DNA of 64,000 nucleotides from the NCBI GenBank assembly GCA_963706955.1, contig CAVPOC010000008.1, positions 512,001-576,000 of the forward strand, given 5' to 3'. This stretch comes from an uncultured Verrucomicrobiae bacterium. GTDB taxonomy: Bacteria; Verrucomicrobiota; Verrucomicrobiia; Chthoniobacterales; Terrimicrobiaceae. Shown in pieces: positions 37,895 to 53,093 of the stretch. Position 1 is the stretch's first letter. Each line of letters opens with the position of its first letter. The position numbers were made by a program, and so were the translations under genes. The notes below the pieces were generated by a model that had not been told where the DNA came from, searched no databases, and saw nothing but the letters and a program-made list of their open reading frames with translations.

Positions 37895-40216
37895 ATGTCC
37901 CCCGCGCTGACGTTCTTCGTTGGGCTTTTGCTCCTGATCCTGTTCGGGTGGTATTTCGCTTCCGACCTGCCGGTCCGCAAGCGTTGGCTTGGTTTAGTCC
38001 TCTCGGTTTTGCTGGTAGCCTTCTGCCTTGAAGCAGCACTGCCTCCGTCGAAAAAAATCAAGCTGGGACTCGATCTGCAAGGAGGCACATCATTTCTGAT
38101 CAGACTCACCCCGCAGGCCGATCAACCGATTACCTCCGATCTCCTAGATCAGGCGGTCGAGGTAATTAGAAAGCGTGTCGACGCCTATGGAGTGAGCGAA
38201 CCTTTGATCACGCCACAGGGGCGCGACCGAATCCTCGTGCAGATTCCCGGACTGGATACCGGCCAGATCGAGACAACCAAGGGCGAACTGCAGCGTGTGG
38301 CCAAGCTCGAGTTGGCCACGGTTGCCGGCGGGGGAGACCGGATCGCACGCATTGAAGCTGGCGAGGAAATTATGCCGCCAGGCTACGTGATAAAAACCTA
38401 CAAGGATCGCGTCGAAGGGAAGGACCAGGAGTTCAAGCTGCTCGTTAAGCGGCGTCCGGAGCTCTCCGGTGAACACGTCAAACGTGCCTACGCCTACTTT
38501 GACCAGCAGGGTTACGGTGTCTCGCTCTCTTTGGATTCCGAAGGAGCGAAAATCTTCGGCGACCTGACGCAATCGCTCGCTCCGACGCGCGGACAGATCG
38601 CCATTCTACTTGATGGCGATGTGCAAAGCGCGCCCCACGTCAATGAGCCAATTTACGGCGGCAGTGCCGTGATCACCGGTCGGTTTTCCGAAAAGGAAGC
38701 ACGAGACCTCGCGAGCGCCCTGGAAAACCCCCTTCGCGTGCCCGTAGAGGTTGAAGAAACCCGCAGCGTCTCTCCGACGTTGGGAACAGATTCGATTCGG
38801 AGCGGAATCCTCGCAGGTCTCACTGGTCTCGTGCTCGTCTTCGGCTTCGTGATTGTCTATTATCGCTTCGCCGGCGTCGTGGCATTCCTAGGCTTGCTGG
38901 TGAACATGGTGATCCTCTTCGGAGCGATGGCGATGTTCAATTTCGTGCTGACACTTCCCGGCATCGCCGGAATCATCCTCACGATGGGCATGGCGGTGGA
39001 CGCCAACGTTCTCATCTACGAGCGGCTCCGAGAAGAGACATCGGCCGGTAAGTCGCTCAAGGCTGCACTCGAAGCCGCCTACGACAAGGCTTTCAGCGCG
39101 ATCTTCGACGCCAACGTGACGACCCTCATTACGGCGGTGATTCTTTTCTGGCAGGCGACCGGCTCAGTGAAAGGTTTTGCGGTGACCCTGACACTCGGCA
39201 TCATCGCCTCGATGTTCTCCGCTTTGCTGGTGACCCGCACGGCGTTCCGCTGGCTCATCGAGCGATTCGGCTTGAAGAAGCTCTCCATGCTCGACCTCAT
39301 ACCGAAACGGAAGTTTGACTTCCTCGGAAAGCGCCGTCTCGCGGCTCTTCTTTCCCTGGCACTGATTGGTGGATCCATGGGCATCTTCGCGCTGCGGGGT
39401 GAGAAAAATTTCGGCATCGACTTTCGCGGTGGCGATCTGCTGGTGATCGATTCCAAACAGCCCGTGAACATCGCCGAGGCGCGCCAGGCTCTGGAGGGCA
39501 TCGGGCTGGGCGATGTGGTTATTCAATTCGAGCGTGAAGGCATGCAAGACCGACTTTCGATTCGAAGCCCGCAAGGCAGTTCTGCCACCATCCTTTCCAA
39601 GTTGCAGGAGACTTATCGCGATCGCGACGTGATAGCGGTGGCGCAGGAAAACGTCGGACCCCAAATCGGCTTGGAGTTCGCCAAGAGAGCCGCGCTGGCA
39701 CTTGGTTTGGGCATGATCGGCATTCTCATTTATGTGACGTTCAGGTTTGAATTTTCGTTCGCCATCGGCGCGGTCGCTGCCCTGCTTCACGACGTGATCA
39801 TCACGATGGGAGTTTTTTCCCTGATTGGCGGCGAGCTTTCGCTCGTCATGGTAGGAGCCATCCTCACGATCGCCGGTTACTCGATCAACGACACCATCGT
39901 CGTTTTTGACCGTATTCGTGAAGGCCTCAAGCACCGGGAACGCGGTTCGATCCAGTCGCTGATGAACACCTCCATCAATGAGACACTCGGGCGGACGATT
40001 CTCACGGGCGGAACAACTCTTCTCTCGGTGGGGGCGCTCTACTTCTTCGGAGGCGCCGTGCTCCGCGATTTCTCCTTCGCCATCCTCGTTGGCATTCTCG
40101 TAGGAACCTATTCCTCAATTTTCATCGCTGCGCCAATCGTGCTCTGGTGGTCTAGGCTGCGCGGGAAGAGCATCCGGCGCGAAGTCCTCGAGGCCGAGGC
40201 GGTGAACCGCGCCTAA
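37895..40216 (+). CDS. secDF: Protein translocase SecDF fusion
   Basis: LGLDLQGG, GMAVDANVLIYER, FGIDFRGG, GYSINDTIVVFDRIRE. Confidence 0.96.
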   Translation: MSPALTFFVGLLLLILFGWYFASDLPVRKRWLGLVLSVLLVAFCLEAALPPSKKIKLGLDLQGGTSFLIRLTPQADQPITSDLLDQAVEVIRKRVDAYGVSEPLITPQGRDRILVQIPGLDTGQIETTKGELQRVAKLELATVAGGGDRIARIEAGEEIMPPGYVIKTYKDRVEGKDQEFKLLVKRRPELSGEHVKRAYAYFDQQGYGVSLSLDSEGAKIFGDLTQSLAPTRGQIAILLDGDVQSAPHVNEPIYGGSAVITGRFSEKEARDLASALENPLRVPVEVEETRSVSPTLGTDSIRSGILAGLTGLVLVFGFVIVYYRFAGVVAFLGLLVNMVILFGAMAMFNFVLTLPGIAGIILTMGMAVDANVLIYERLREETSAGKSLKAALEAAYDKAFSAIFDANVTTLITAVILFWQATGSVKGFAVTLTLGIIASMFSALLVTRTAFRWLIERFGLKKLSMLDLIPKRKFDFLGKRRLAALLSLALIGGSMGIFALRGEKNFGIDFRGGDLLVIDSKQPVNIAEARQALEGIGLGDVVIQFEREGMQDRLSIRSPQGSSATILSKLQETYRDRDVIAVAQENVGPQIGLEFAKRAALALGLGMIGILIYVTFRFEFSFAIGAVAALLHDVIITMGVFSLIGGELSLVMVGAILTIAGYSINDTIVVFDRIREGLKHRERGSIQSLMNTSINETLGRTILTGGTTLLSVGALYFFGGAVLRDFSFAILVGILVGTYSSIFIAAPIVLWWSRLRGKSIRREVLEAEAVNRA

Positions 40217-40230
40217 CGCCAAATAGATCT

Positions 40231-40290
40231 TGTGGCGGCCGTGTCCCCACGGCCGAGGAAGCCCGGCGCTGCGGACAGCGCCGCTACAGA
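40231..40290. repeat. REP-like palindrome (TGTRGCGGC...CGCCGCTACA family)
   Basis: tgtggcggccgtgtccccacggccg...gcggacagcgccgctacag directly after secDF; related copies at 35803-35898 and 42279-42295. Confidence 0.6.
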
Positions 40291-40375
40291 ACGAAAAGCA
40301 AGCCACCGCATGCTCGAGGGCCGGCAGTCACGAACCGCCGTCATCGCGTTGAAAATCGTTTGCGCCGATTTTCTT

Positions 40376-40731
40376 TTAGAACTCCACCGTAGGCTTGCCA
40401 AGACGTTGAACGGCGCCCCTGGGAGGAATTAGACTTCGTCATAAGCGCCCACGAAGTAACGACTGTTCAGAACCATTGTTGAAATTAACTCGAGCCCGAT
40501 AGCGGCCTCTCTGGTAATAGATAGCCGTATCCATCACCCCATAAGCAGATCTTGAGCGCCTTCGTCGTCGATTAGCTTGCGTGTCACGACGGAAAGCGCT
40601 TGAGGCGTTTCCAAGAGCAGAGTTCTCGTCTTTGTCGCCGTGCGCGATTCTCGTGCCGCGTAGCCCGTTCCCTCCTGATCGGTGCGGTCGGTAACAACCT
40701 CCTCCAGCGTAGGAACGGGTTCCGCAACCAA
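40376..40731 (-). pseudogene. Internally deleted TonB-dependent siderophore receptor relic
   Basis: N-terminal LEEVVT..GYAARESRTATKT...ETPQALSVVTRKLIDD joined to C-terminal DTAIYYQRGRYRARVNFNN..RYFVGAYDE..PGAPFNV. Confidence 0.7.
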
Positions 40732-41050
40732 GTCGTGTTTCTGCGACGCTTGGCTGCCTAGTTCACTCTACGCTCTCAGGGCACAGGGAATAGTAGCGGG
40801 CACGCCAACAGGGTTATTGTCGAGAGCAGGTTTGATATCGAGCCGCAGCGCACCGTAACTTGGTGTAGAGCCCGGCGACCACGCACGGATCGAGCGAGTG
40901 CGACTAACGCGCGCTTGCCAAGAATTGCCGTTCTCTTGCAGTTCGCAAGTGAGCGCTAAAAAAGCGCAAGGTGGGGACAGCGTGTTACGCGCGGCGGTCC
41001 CTACATTCACACGGGGTGAAGAAATTAGTGGGCCTTTCGTTTCGAACGCG

Positions 41051-42169
41051 ATGAGACGATTCTTATTTCACCTGCACTCCTGGATGGGATTGGCTGCCGG
41101 AGCAGCTCTTCTCGTTATCGCTCTGACCGGTAGTGCGCTGGTATTTCGGCGAGAGATCGAAAGTGTGGTGATGCCACAGCGAGTGCTAGCGACGCACCCA
41201 GTTGAAGTTCGACTTGGCCTCGATGAGTTGGTGATTCGGCTACGAGAGCAGTTGATTGGCTACGAACCCGTCGGTTGGCTGCCCGCGCAATCCCGGAGCA
41301 GAAATGATCAAGTTTCTGTCGCCGGAGAGGACGGTCGCCCACCGGAGGTCATTTGGATCGATGCTGCAACCGGGAAAATTCATGGCCAACCCACTGATTC
41401 GAACAAGACAATTACGGGGTGGCTTCTCGAATTACATTATTCGCTTCTCGGCGGACACATCGGAACGTTTCTGGCCGGAATCCTTGCCACGCTGCTCTGC
41501 CTTTTGGGAATCTCGGGAGTATGGATTTACCGCGGTTTCTGGAAGAATCTTGTCCGCCTGCGATTCAATTGCAGCGCACGCATCTTCTTCTCCGACCTGC
41601 ACAAAACGGTGGGGATTTCCTCGGTCGCCTTCAACTTGATTCTTGGCTTCACAGGAGCCTACTGGAACCTCACGCACGTCATCGGCCATCTTGTCCATGG
41701 ACCGGATCCGGAACCGCCCAAAGTCACCGGCCCAAGATTCTCCGAGACACTTTCGCTGGACGGTTTGCTCAAGGAGGCGCGCTCCAGGATCCCCGATTTT
41801 GAGTGGACCTACCTTTCATTTCCGACAAAGCTCGATGAGCCTCTCGTTTTCTATGGAAAACTGGCGAATCAACATGCCCTTCGCGGGGAGTATGGCTCCA
41901 CCGTGACGTTTAATTCTCAGACCGGCGCTTTCGAAGACCTTCTGGATATTCGCACCAGCGGCCTCTGGAACCAGATTAGCGATGCATTCATGCCGCTTCA
42001 CTACGGAACGTTTGGCGCCTTGCCGGTGAAAATTCTTTGGTCTATTGGCGGGCTGGCTCCCGGCATCCTTGCCGTTACGGGATTTCTGCTTTGGTGGAAA
42101 AGAAAGCGGCCGGCGCTAAAACATCGTTTCCGCCTTGCAACAATCGCAAGTGAGCAAATCAATCGCTAG
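41051..42169 (+). CDS. PepSY-associated TM helix domain protein
   Basis: FHLHSWMGL, LTGSALVF, LLELHYSL, SGVWIY, DLHKTVG, PLHYGTFG, TGFLLWW. Confidence 0.9.
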   Translation: MRRFLFHLHSWMGLAAGAALLVIALTGSALVFRREIESVVMPQRVLATHPVEVRLGLDELVIRLREQLIGYEPVGWLPAQSRSRNDQVSVAGEDGRPPEVIWIDAATGKIHGQPTDSNKTITGWLLELHYSLLGGHIGTFLAGILATLLCLLGISGVWIYRGFWKNLVRLRFNCSARIFFSDLHKTVGISSVAFNLILGFTGAYWNLTHVIGHLVHGPDPEPPKVTGPRFSETLSLDGLLKEARSRIPDFEWTYLSFPTKLDEPLVFYGKLANQHALRGEYGSTVTFNSQTGAFEDLLDIRTSGLWNQISDAFMPLHYGTFGALPVKILWSIGGLAPGILAVTGFLLWWKRKRPALKHRFRLATIASEQINR

Positions 42170-42310
42170 TTGGCCGACACGCTGACGCTGCTCGCAGCGC
42201 TTAAAATCGCCAACGAAGACTAGCTTAATACTAATACCGAGTATCCGGCGCGGTGAATCGCCCGTAGCACGAATCCAACTGTAGCGGCGCTACAGAGAAC
42301 CAAACAAAGA

Positions 42311-42342
42311 TGCCCAGCCCCATCTTTCGATAAGGCTGGGCA
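42311..42342 (-). terminator. Intrinsic terminator of the rRNA operon
   Basis: tgcccagcc...ggctgggca stem just downstream of 5S, followed by TCTTTGTTT on the minus strand. Confidence 0.7.
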
Positions 42343-42347
42343 TTAAT

Positions 42348-42462
42348 TCTGGCAATGACCTACTCTCGCGCAAGCTAGACAAGCACTACCATCGGCGCTG
42401 TGGCGTTTCACTTCCGTGTTCGGGATGGGAACGGGTGGGACCACCACGCAAGAATCACCAGA
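42348..42462 (-). rRNA. rrf: 5S rRNA
   Basis: CCCGTTCCCATCCCGAACACGGAAGTGAAAC and GCCGATGGTAGTG motifs; ends approximate. Confidence 0.95.
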
Positions 42463-42614
42463 CGATAGGAATCGTCATTCGACTCCTAGATGTCTGGCAT
42501 CTTACCTTCCTGCCAAAACTTGAAAGAACCTCTTGGTTCTCTGACAACCGCATACTAGGGCAAACCCGCAACGCCAACGATCTGAATCTGCATGAAGCTG
42601 ATCGAAGAATAAAA

Positions 42615-45581
<2,967 letters not shown>

Positions 45582-45810
45582 TTTCTTCGATATTTTGAAA
45601 TCTCTTATTTTTGTGCAATCACCGTGTCCGCCGATGGCGGAGCAATGATTGCGCAGACTCAGCAAATTGTTGAAGTTGCATTCTAAATTTGCCCTGTATG
45701 CGGATGTCAAAGAACTTGCCGCGGGACGAACCCGCAGCGGCTTGACGCCTGTCCGGTTCTCGAACCGGCGACAAAATTCAAAACGTTTTTCAAAGAAGTT
45801 TTCAGCACTG

Positions 45811-45884
45811 TGGGCCTGATAGGACTCGAACCTATGACCCTGCGCTTATCAAGCGCATGCTCTAACCAACTGAGCTACAGGCCC
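45811..45884 (-). tRNA. tRNA-Ile (GAT), CCA not encoded
   Basis: GGGCCTGTAGCTCAGTTGGTTAGAGCATGCGCTTGATAAGCGCAGGGTCATAGGTTCGAGTCCTATCAGGCCCA. Confidence 0.97.
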
Positions 45885-46001
45885 ATGGGGAAGTTGGTTG
45901 AGAGTTTCAAGTTTGATAGTTCGTTGAGAAGGAATTCTCTCCAAGCTCTCAAGCTTAGGAAACCTCTCAACTCGTTCGCCCTGTAAAACGGCGATTACGA
46001 T

Positions 46002-46074
46002 TGGAGGCAAGGGGACTCGAACCCCTGACATCCAGCTTGCAAAGCTGGCGCTCTACCAACTGAGCTATGCCCCC
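46002..46074 (-). tRNA. tRNA-Ala (TGC), CCA not encoded
   Basis: GGGGGCATAGCTCAGTTGGTAGAGCGCCAGCTTTGCAAGCTGGATGTCAGGGGTTCGAGTCCCCTTGCCTCCA; G3-U70 pair. Confidence 0.97.
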
Positions 46075-46080
46075 TCTAAA

Positions 46081-46143
46081 GTTGATGGTTGAGGGTTGAT
46101 GGTTGAGAGACTTTCACTCAACGCTCAACTTTCGACTCTCAAC
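46081..46143. repeat. 4+4 heptamer hairpin in the 16S-23S spacer
   Basis: gttgatg gttgagg gttgatg gttgaga gac tttc actcaac gctcaac tttcgac tctcaac. Confidence 0.85.
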
Positions 46144-46302
46144 TCGAAGAGCAGTTGCCAGCAGGTTGTGTGATTCAGGCAAACACTGGATAGTGCGTTC
46201 TTTCTTGATCTCGACCTCTGGAGCTTTCGGTCCAGAGAATTTGTTTCCGCCGAGGCGGAATCAGACTTGCCGTACCGCGAGAGTCTCGCGGGTTAGGCAT
46301 TA

Positions 46303-47837
<1,535 letters not shown>

Positions 47838-48190
47838 AAGTTTCTCCCCGCCTGCTATCGGCGGGAAAGTTCCGGCATTCATCTTTACTGATCCGCCGTG
47901 ATTGTGAGAAAACCGCGGATCAGGAATAGCCGTCAAATTTCGTTTCGAAATCGACGAAAGAACGCACTATCCAGCATTTGCTGAATGTGTTTGTGCTAAA
48001 AAACGTTCTGAATTTTGCCTTGCCGGCAAAACCAGAGTCAGGCTGTCAAAAAACGACGCTCAGCGAGCTACTCGCCGTGATCCGGCGACGACAATGCCGA
48101 TTTGGATCGGTAAGTCATCAACGCGAACCAGCGAGGTCAGCGCCCGCGAGAACTTTTGCCCACTCGACTTTTACATCGACTGGGATTGTC

Positions 48191-48218
48191 AGCATACCCC
48201 ATCAACGAACCTCGTCAA
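48191..48218 (-). promoter_or_regulatory. rRNA operon promoter
   Basis: TTGACG-N16-TATGCT with upstream A-tracts (UP-element-like). Confidence 0.7.
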
Positions 48219-48329
48219 CGGAGTTTTTGGAAATTTTCCGTGAAAATTTTCGCCCCTTTTCCGGTAGGCTAGACCATATCGTCCGGAGGCGAGATTCTGC
48301 AAAGTCGTTGTCGCCTGGCGACTACATTT

Positions 48330-49759
48330 TCACTTCTCTTCGGCGAGCCATTCGGTGTGAAAGAACTGTCCGGCTGGCTTGTCGACGCGTTCGTAGGTAT
48401 GAGCGCCGAAGTAATCGCGTTGCGCCTGCAGGAGGTTGGCCGGCAGCCGTTCGGCGCGGTAACTATCGTAGTAACTGAGGGCGGCACTAAACGCCGGCAC
48501 GGCAACGCCAAATTCGACGGCAGTCTGGATGGCGTAACGCCAGTTCGCTTGGGATTTGCCGATGATTTCACAGAAGTAGGGGTCGAGAATAAGGTTCTTC
48601 AGGTCTGGGTTTCGGCGGTAGGCGGAGGTGATATGATTAAGGAAGTGGGCGCGGATAATGCAGCCACCCCGCCAAATGGCAGCGATGTCTCCAAAATTCA
48701 GATCCCAGTTATAGATCTTGCTCGCCGCGCCCAATTGGACAAAGCCCTGCGCGTAGCTGATGATCTTGCTGGCGTAGAGGGCGTCGCGAACCGCCTCGAT
48801 CAGTTTGGCACGATCGCCGGAGAAGGGCTTGGGCGACGGTCCTGGCAGCACTTTGCTTGCTTGAACGCGTTCCTCCTTGAGCGAGCTCAAGATCCTCGCC
48901 TCGACCGCGCTACCGATCACCGATAAGGGCACCGCCATTTCCACCGCATGGCCGACCGTCCATTTTCCGGTGCCTTTTTGCCCGGCCTTATCGAGGATGA
49001 CGTCCACGAGGGGATTTCCGGTTTCCGGGTCCTTCCTCTTGAAAATCTTCTCGGTAATCTCAATCAGGAAGGAGTTCAGCTGGCCCTTGTTCCAGTCGCC
49101 AAAGATCTGAGCAAACTCGTCCGAGCTCGGATTAATCGGCCGCCTTGAGAATGGCATAGGCCTCGCAGATCAGTTGCATATCACCGTACTCGATGCCGTT
49201 GTGGACCATTTTCACATAGTGACCGGCCCCGTCTGGTCCCATGTGTCGGCAGCATGGCTCTCCCTCCGCGATAGCGGCAATTTTCGTGTATATCGGAGCG
49301 ATCGCCTGCCAGCCTTCCTTGGAGCCCCCCGGCATGATGGAAGGACCCTTCAGAGCGCCCTCCTCGCCACCGCTTACCCCGACTCCGAAGAAGTGAATTT
49401 CTTTCTCTTTGAGCGTCTTTCTCACGCCTTTGCGTGTCGGTCCAAAGCGAATTGCCACCGTCGATAATGATGTCTCCGGGTTCCATCAGGGGCACCAATT
49501 GGTCAATGACAGCGTCAACAGGCGCACCAGCCTTCACCATGATTTGCGCCTTGCGCGGGCGGCCGAGGGATTGCACGAATTCCTCGAGCGTTTTCGTCGG
49601 AGCGATATTCTTCCCGCGGGCGCGCCCCGAAGCGAATTTTTCGGTCACCGCAGTTGTTCGGTTGAAAACGCTGACTCGAAACCCTCGACTTTCCATGTTG
49701 AGAACGAGGTTCTCGCCCATGACGGCGAGGCCGATTAATCCGATATCGCTTTGCTTCAT
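48330..49759 (-). CDS. gnd: NADP-dependent 6-phosphogluconate dehydrogenase (apparent frameshifts near 49425 and 49145)
   Basis: [59 protein letters not shown]. Confidence 0.93.
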
Positions 49760-49828
49760 GTATTGTGCAGGAATGTGGGCGATAAGAGTAGTCGTTCGAA
49801 CCGAGGCAACGCAATCGACAACTTGCAC

Positions 49829-50401
49829 ATGAATCTGCCGAATATCCTTACGTTGCTCCGGCTCGGCTTGACAGTGCTTCTGGTTGCCAGCCTTTCCGTC
49901 GAGTATCCGTGGCGTTTCGCAATTGCGCTCGTCCTCTTTTTGCTCGCTTCCCTGACGGACTATTTGGACGGGGTCCTCGCCCGCAAATGGAACTTGATTA
50001 CCGATTTTGGCAAGCTGATGGATCCGCTTGCAGACAAGATCCTGACTGCCTCCGCTTTCATCTGCCTGATTCCGTTTGGGGCTCTGCCCGCGTGGGCCGT
50101 CATCATTATCATCAGTCGCGAATTCCTGATCACCGGACTACGGCTCCTTGCCAGTTCAAAGGGCGTGATTCTTCCGGCGGAGAAGCTGGGCAAACACAAG
50201 ACGGCTTGGCAGATGATCACGATTGTCTTCTTTCTTGCCCTCCTCGCCGCGGACGATTTTGCTCCGGAGGGTTCTGATGTCGTTGATCTGCTCTGGGGTT
50301 ATGGGGGAGCCGCGCTGGTGACTATCACGGTCGTGCTGACTGTCTTCTCCGGCTCCGCCTATCTTTGGAAGAACCGCATGCTCCTTGCGCCCGACACATA
50401 G
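49829..50401 (+). CDS. pgsA: CDP-diacylglycerol--glycerol-3-phosphate 3-phosphatidyltransferase
   Basis: NLPNILTLLR, TDYLDGVLARK..TDFGKLMDPLADK, REFLITGLR, GKHKT. Confidence 0.93.
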   Translation: MNLPNILTLLRLGLTVLLVASLSVEYPWRFAIALVLFLLASLTDYLDGVLARKWNLITDFGKLMDPLADKILTASAFICLIPFGALPAWAVIIIISREFLITGLRLLASSKGVILPAEKLGKHKTAWQMITIVFFLALLAADDFAPEGSDVVDLLWGYGGAALVTITVVLTVFSGSAYLWKNRMLLAPDT

Positions 50402-50944
50402 TTAAGCTCAGCGGCCGGCGACACGCTCCCGTTGAATCTAAATGAACTCAAAGCTGGCTTGAACTTGAGCAGCAAAGAATTCATCGTCGCCGAGATCATC
50501 ACGCGGTTGAAAATCAGCAAGGAAGTTGCCAAGCAAGGGCTATGTCAACTCGAAGAGCTCGGCTTTATCTTGCGGAGCCTCGCGAATGAAAGTGTAGCCA
50601 GACGGACATCCTCAGAATCGACTTCAGGTCCCTGATCGCCGGTTTCCTGCGGAAGCACCCCACCCCACGCCTTGCAACCGGCGCCGCGCATTTGAAGCAG
50701 CTGGAGAGAGTGCTTTCCAAGCCTGGACCGCGCTGCCCAAGCTGCACCTGAAGAAAGTTGCCGATTGGCATAAGCGTGATCGCGCCTTGCTCTCGCTGGG
50801 CTAAAACGGTTGCAAGCCGACCGATCCCCTCCGCTGCCTGCGGCTCGAATACCCTTGAAATTTGAAATGGTTTCCGCAAGCGGTGACCACCGGCGGCAGC
50901 TTGACTTTACTTCTACCCGCCTCCTTCCCCACACTTCGCTCGCT

Positions 50945-51778
50945 TTGACCGCTGAATACACGACACCTTGTCTGTCCGTTGTTATGCCCGTTTACAACGA
51001 GGAGGCGACGCTGGGCGCGATCGTGGAAGCGGTGCTCAAGCAACCGCTCGTGGCCGAGTTGATCTGCGTTGACGACTGCTCGGTTGATGGTGCGGTCGCC
51101 GTTCTTGAGCAGTATGCCGCTCTTGATGAACGCCTTCGCATTCTTCGCCATGCTGTCAATCGCGGAAAGGGGGCCGCCTTGCGCTCGGGCTTCGCCAAAG
51201 CCAACTCGCCTATAGTGATCGTGCAGGATGCAGATCTGGAGTATGATCCCGACGAATATCCGCGGCTGATTGCCCCGATTATGGAAGGCCGGGCCGACGT
51301 GGTCTTCGGGTCAAGATTTGTCGGCTCGGAGGAACATCGCGTGCTCTACTTCTGGCACTCGATCGGCAATAAACTACTGACCCTTGCCTCGAACATGTTC
51401 ACCAACCTCAATCTCACGGACATGGAAACGTGCTACAAGGTCTTTCGGCGCGAGATCCTTCAGGCGATCACCATTGAGGAAGATCGATTTGGCTTTGAGC
51501 CGGAAATCACGGCCAAAGTCGCACGCATGAATGCGCGCATCTACGAGGTCGCGATTTCTTATCACGGCCGAACCTATGCGGAAGGAAAGAAGATTCGATC
51601 GTGGGATGGATTCAGGGCGATGTGGTGTATCATCAAATACAACCTTTTCGACGTTCAAGGAGGTGACGCAGCGAAGACGCTCGCGTCCGTGCTTCGAGCT
51701 TTCATCGCTAGCCGTAAAGATAATCGAGGGGTTCGCGGAAGACGCGATGCTCGAGTTTTAGCAGACTGCTCCGGATAA
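50945..51778 (+). CDS. Glycosyltransferase family 2 (DPM1-like); start uncertain
   Basis: SVVMPVYNEE, VDDCSVDG, NRGKGAA, QDADLEYDP, TDMETCYK, FGFEPE. Confidence 0.9.
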   Translation: MTAEYTTPCLSVVMPVYNEEATLGAIVEAVLKQPLVAELICVDDCSVDGAVAVLEQYAALDERLRILRHAVNRGKGAALRSGFAKANSPIVIVQDADLEYDPDEYPRLIAPIMEGRADVVFGSRFVGSEEHRVLYFWHSIGNKLLTLASNMFTNLNLTDMETCYKVFRREILQAITIEEDRFGFEPEITAKVARMNARIYEVAISYHGRTYAEGKKIRSWDGFRAMWCIIKYNLFDVQGGDAAKTLASVLRAFIASRKDNRGVRGRRDARVLADCSG

Positions 51779-51788
51779 TCGCACCTTC

Positions 51789-52774
51789 ATGATTGCGCTA
51801 ATCACCGGGATCACCGGACAGGATGGTTCCTACCTGACGGAAGCACTGCTGGAGAGGGGCGATGTCGTCCATGGAACGGTCCGTCGAACCAGCACGCTCG
51901 AACGATCACGGTTGGCGCATCTCCACGCGGACCCCGCCATCTACAACAAGCAGTTATTTCTCCACTACGCGGAGTTGGAAGACATAACTACTCTCCGGCG
52001 GATCATTGACCGCGTAAAGCCGCAGCAATTCTACCATTTGGCGGGCCAAAGCCACGTGGGGCTGAGCTTCGAAATGCCCGAGACGACCTGCGAACTCACG
52101 GCGATCGGGACGCTTAAAGATACTGGAAGTTCTCCGAGACACCGCGTCCCCGCCAAAGTTTCTCCACGCCGGCTCAAGTGAAATTTTCGGCTCTCCGGAT
52201 GTATCTCCTCAAACCGAGAACACTCCGATGCGCCCGATAACCCCCTATGGATGCGCTAAGGCGTTTGCCATCGCAGATGGTCCGAATTTACCGCGACCAC
52301 CATGGGCTCTTCGCTTGCAATGCCATTTCGTATAATCACGAATCTCCTCGGCGAGGGGAGAACTTTGTCACGCGAAAGATCTGTCGCGTCGCCGCCGAGA
52401 TTAAGCTGCGCAAGCGAAACCATCTAAGTCTAGGGAATCTCGATGCGCGGCGAGACTGGAGCGATGCGCGCGACATCGTGAGAGGTTTCTTGATGATTCT
52501 CGATCACTCGACTGCAGATGATTTCATCCTTGCCAGCGGGATCACGCATTCGGTGCGAGAAATTGCGCAGACAGCCTTTGCGAGTCTCGGACTTGATTGG
52601 AAGCAATACGTGCGCTCCGAAGAGCACCTCTTGCGCCCAGCCGATCCGGTACACCTGTGTGGCGACGCCACCAAGGCTCGGACCGTTCTCGGGTGGCAGC
52701 CGCAATCGTCCGTGCACGAGTTGATCGCCGAGATGGCACATGCCGAGCTGGCCAGGCTCTCCTCGATGCCTTGA
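51789..52774 (+). CDS. gmd: GDP-mannose 4,6-dehydratase (apparent frameshifts near 52118 and 52270)
   Basis: ALITGITGQDGSYL, AGQSHV, SSEIFG, PYGCAK, NHESPRRGENFVTRKI, LGNLDARRDW. Confidence 0.9.
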
Positions 52775-53093
52775 GGCTTATACCCGCGCGTTGCGAAGGC
52801 TTTGGCCGCCGTGGCACTTTTGCCTGTGCATCGACTTGAAGCGCCCTGGCTCTCCGCAATGCTTTTCTCACCGTGTTTGAGTGTTTCCTGGACCCTGCAA
52901 GGGCTGGTAGGATCTCGCCTGCCGGGCGTTTCTGCACAAGCGCCTTGCCCTTTTCCAACTGTTGCTACTCCCTTCCTGTTGAACTTGACGCACACTACTC
53001 CTAGCCAGGAAACTACGTGACCATCGCCCGCGACTCGGCATTGCGCCGGGCGGCGCTGAGTGTGGCGTTTAAGCCAATGCCAGTCCATGAGCC

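Noticed and set aside
50432..50900. Small HTH-like ORF and neighbouring short ORFs between pgsA and the GT2 gene
   Set aside because: Possibly gene remnants, but no family can be supported from the sequence alone.
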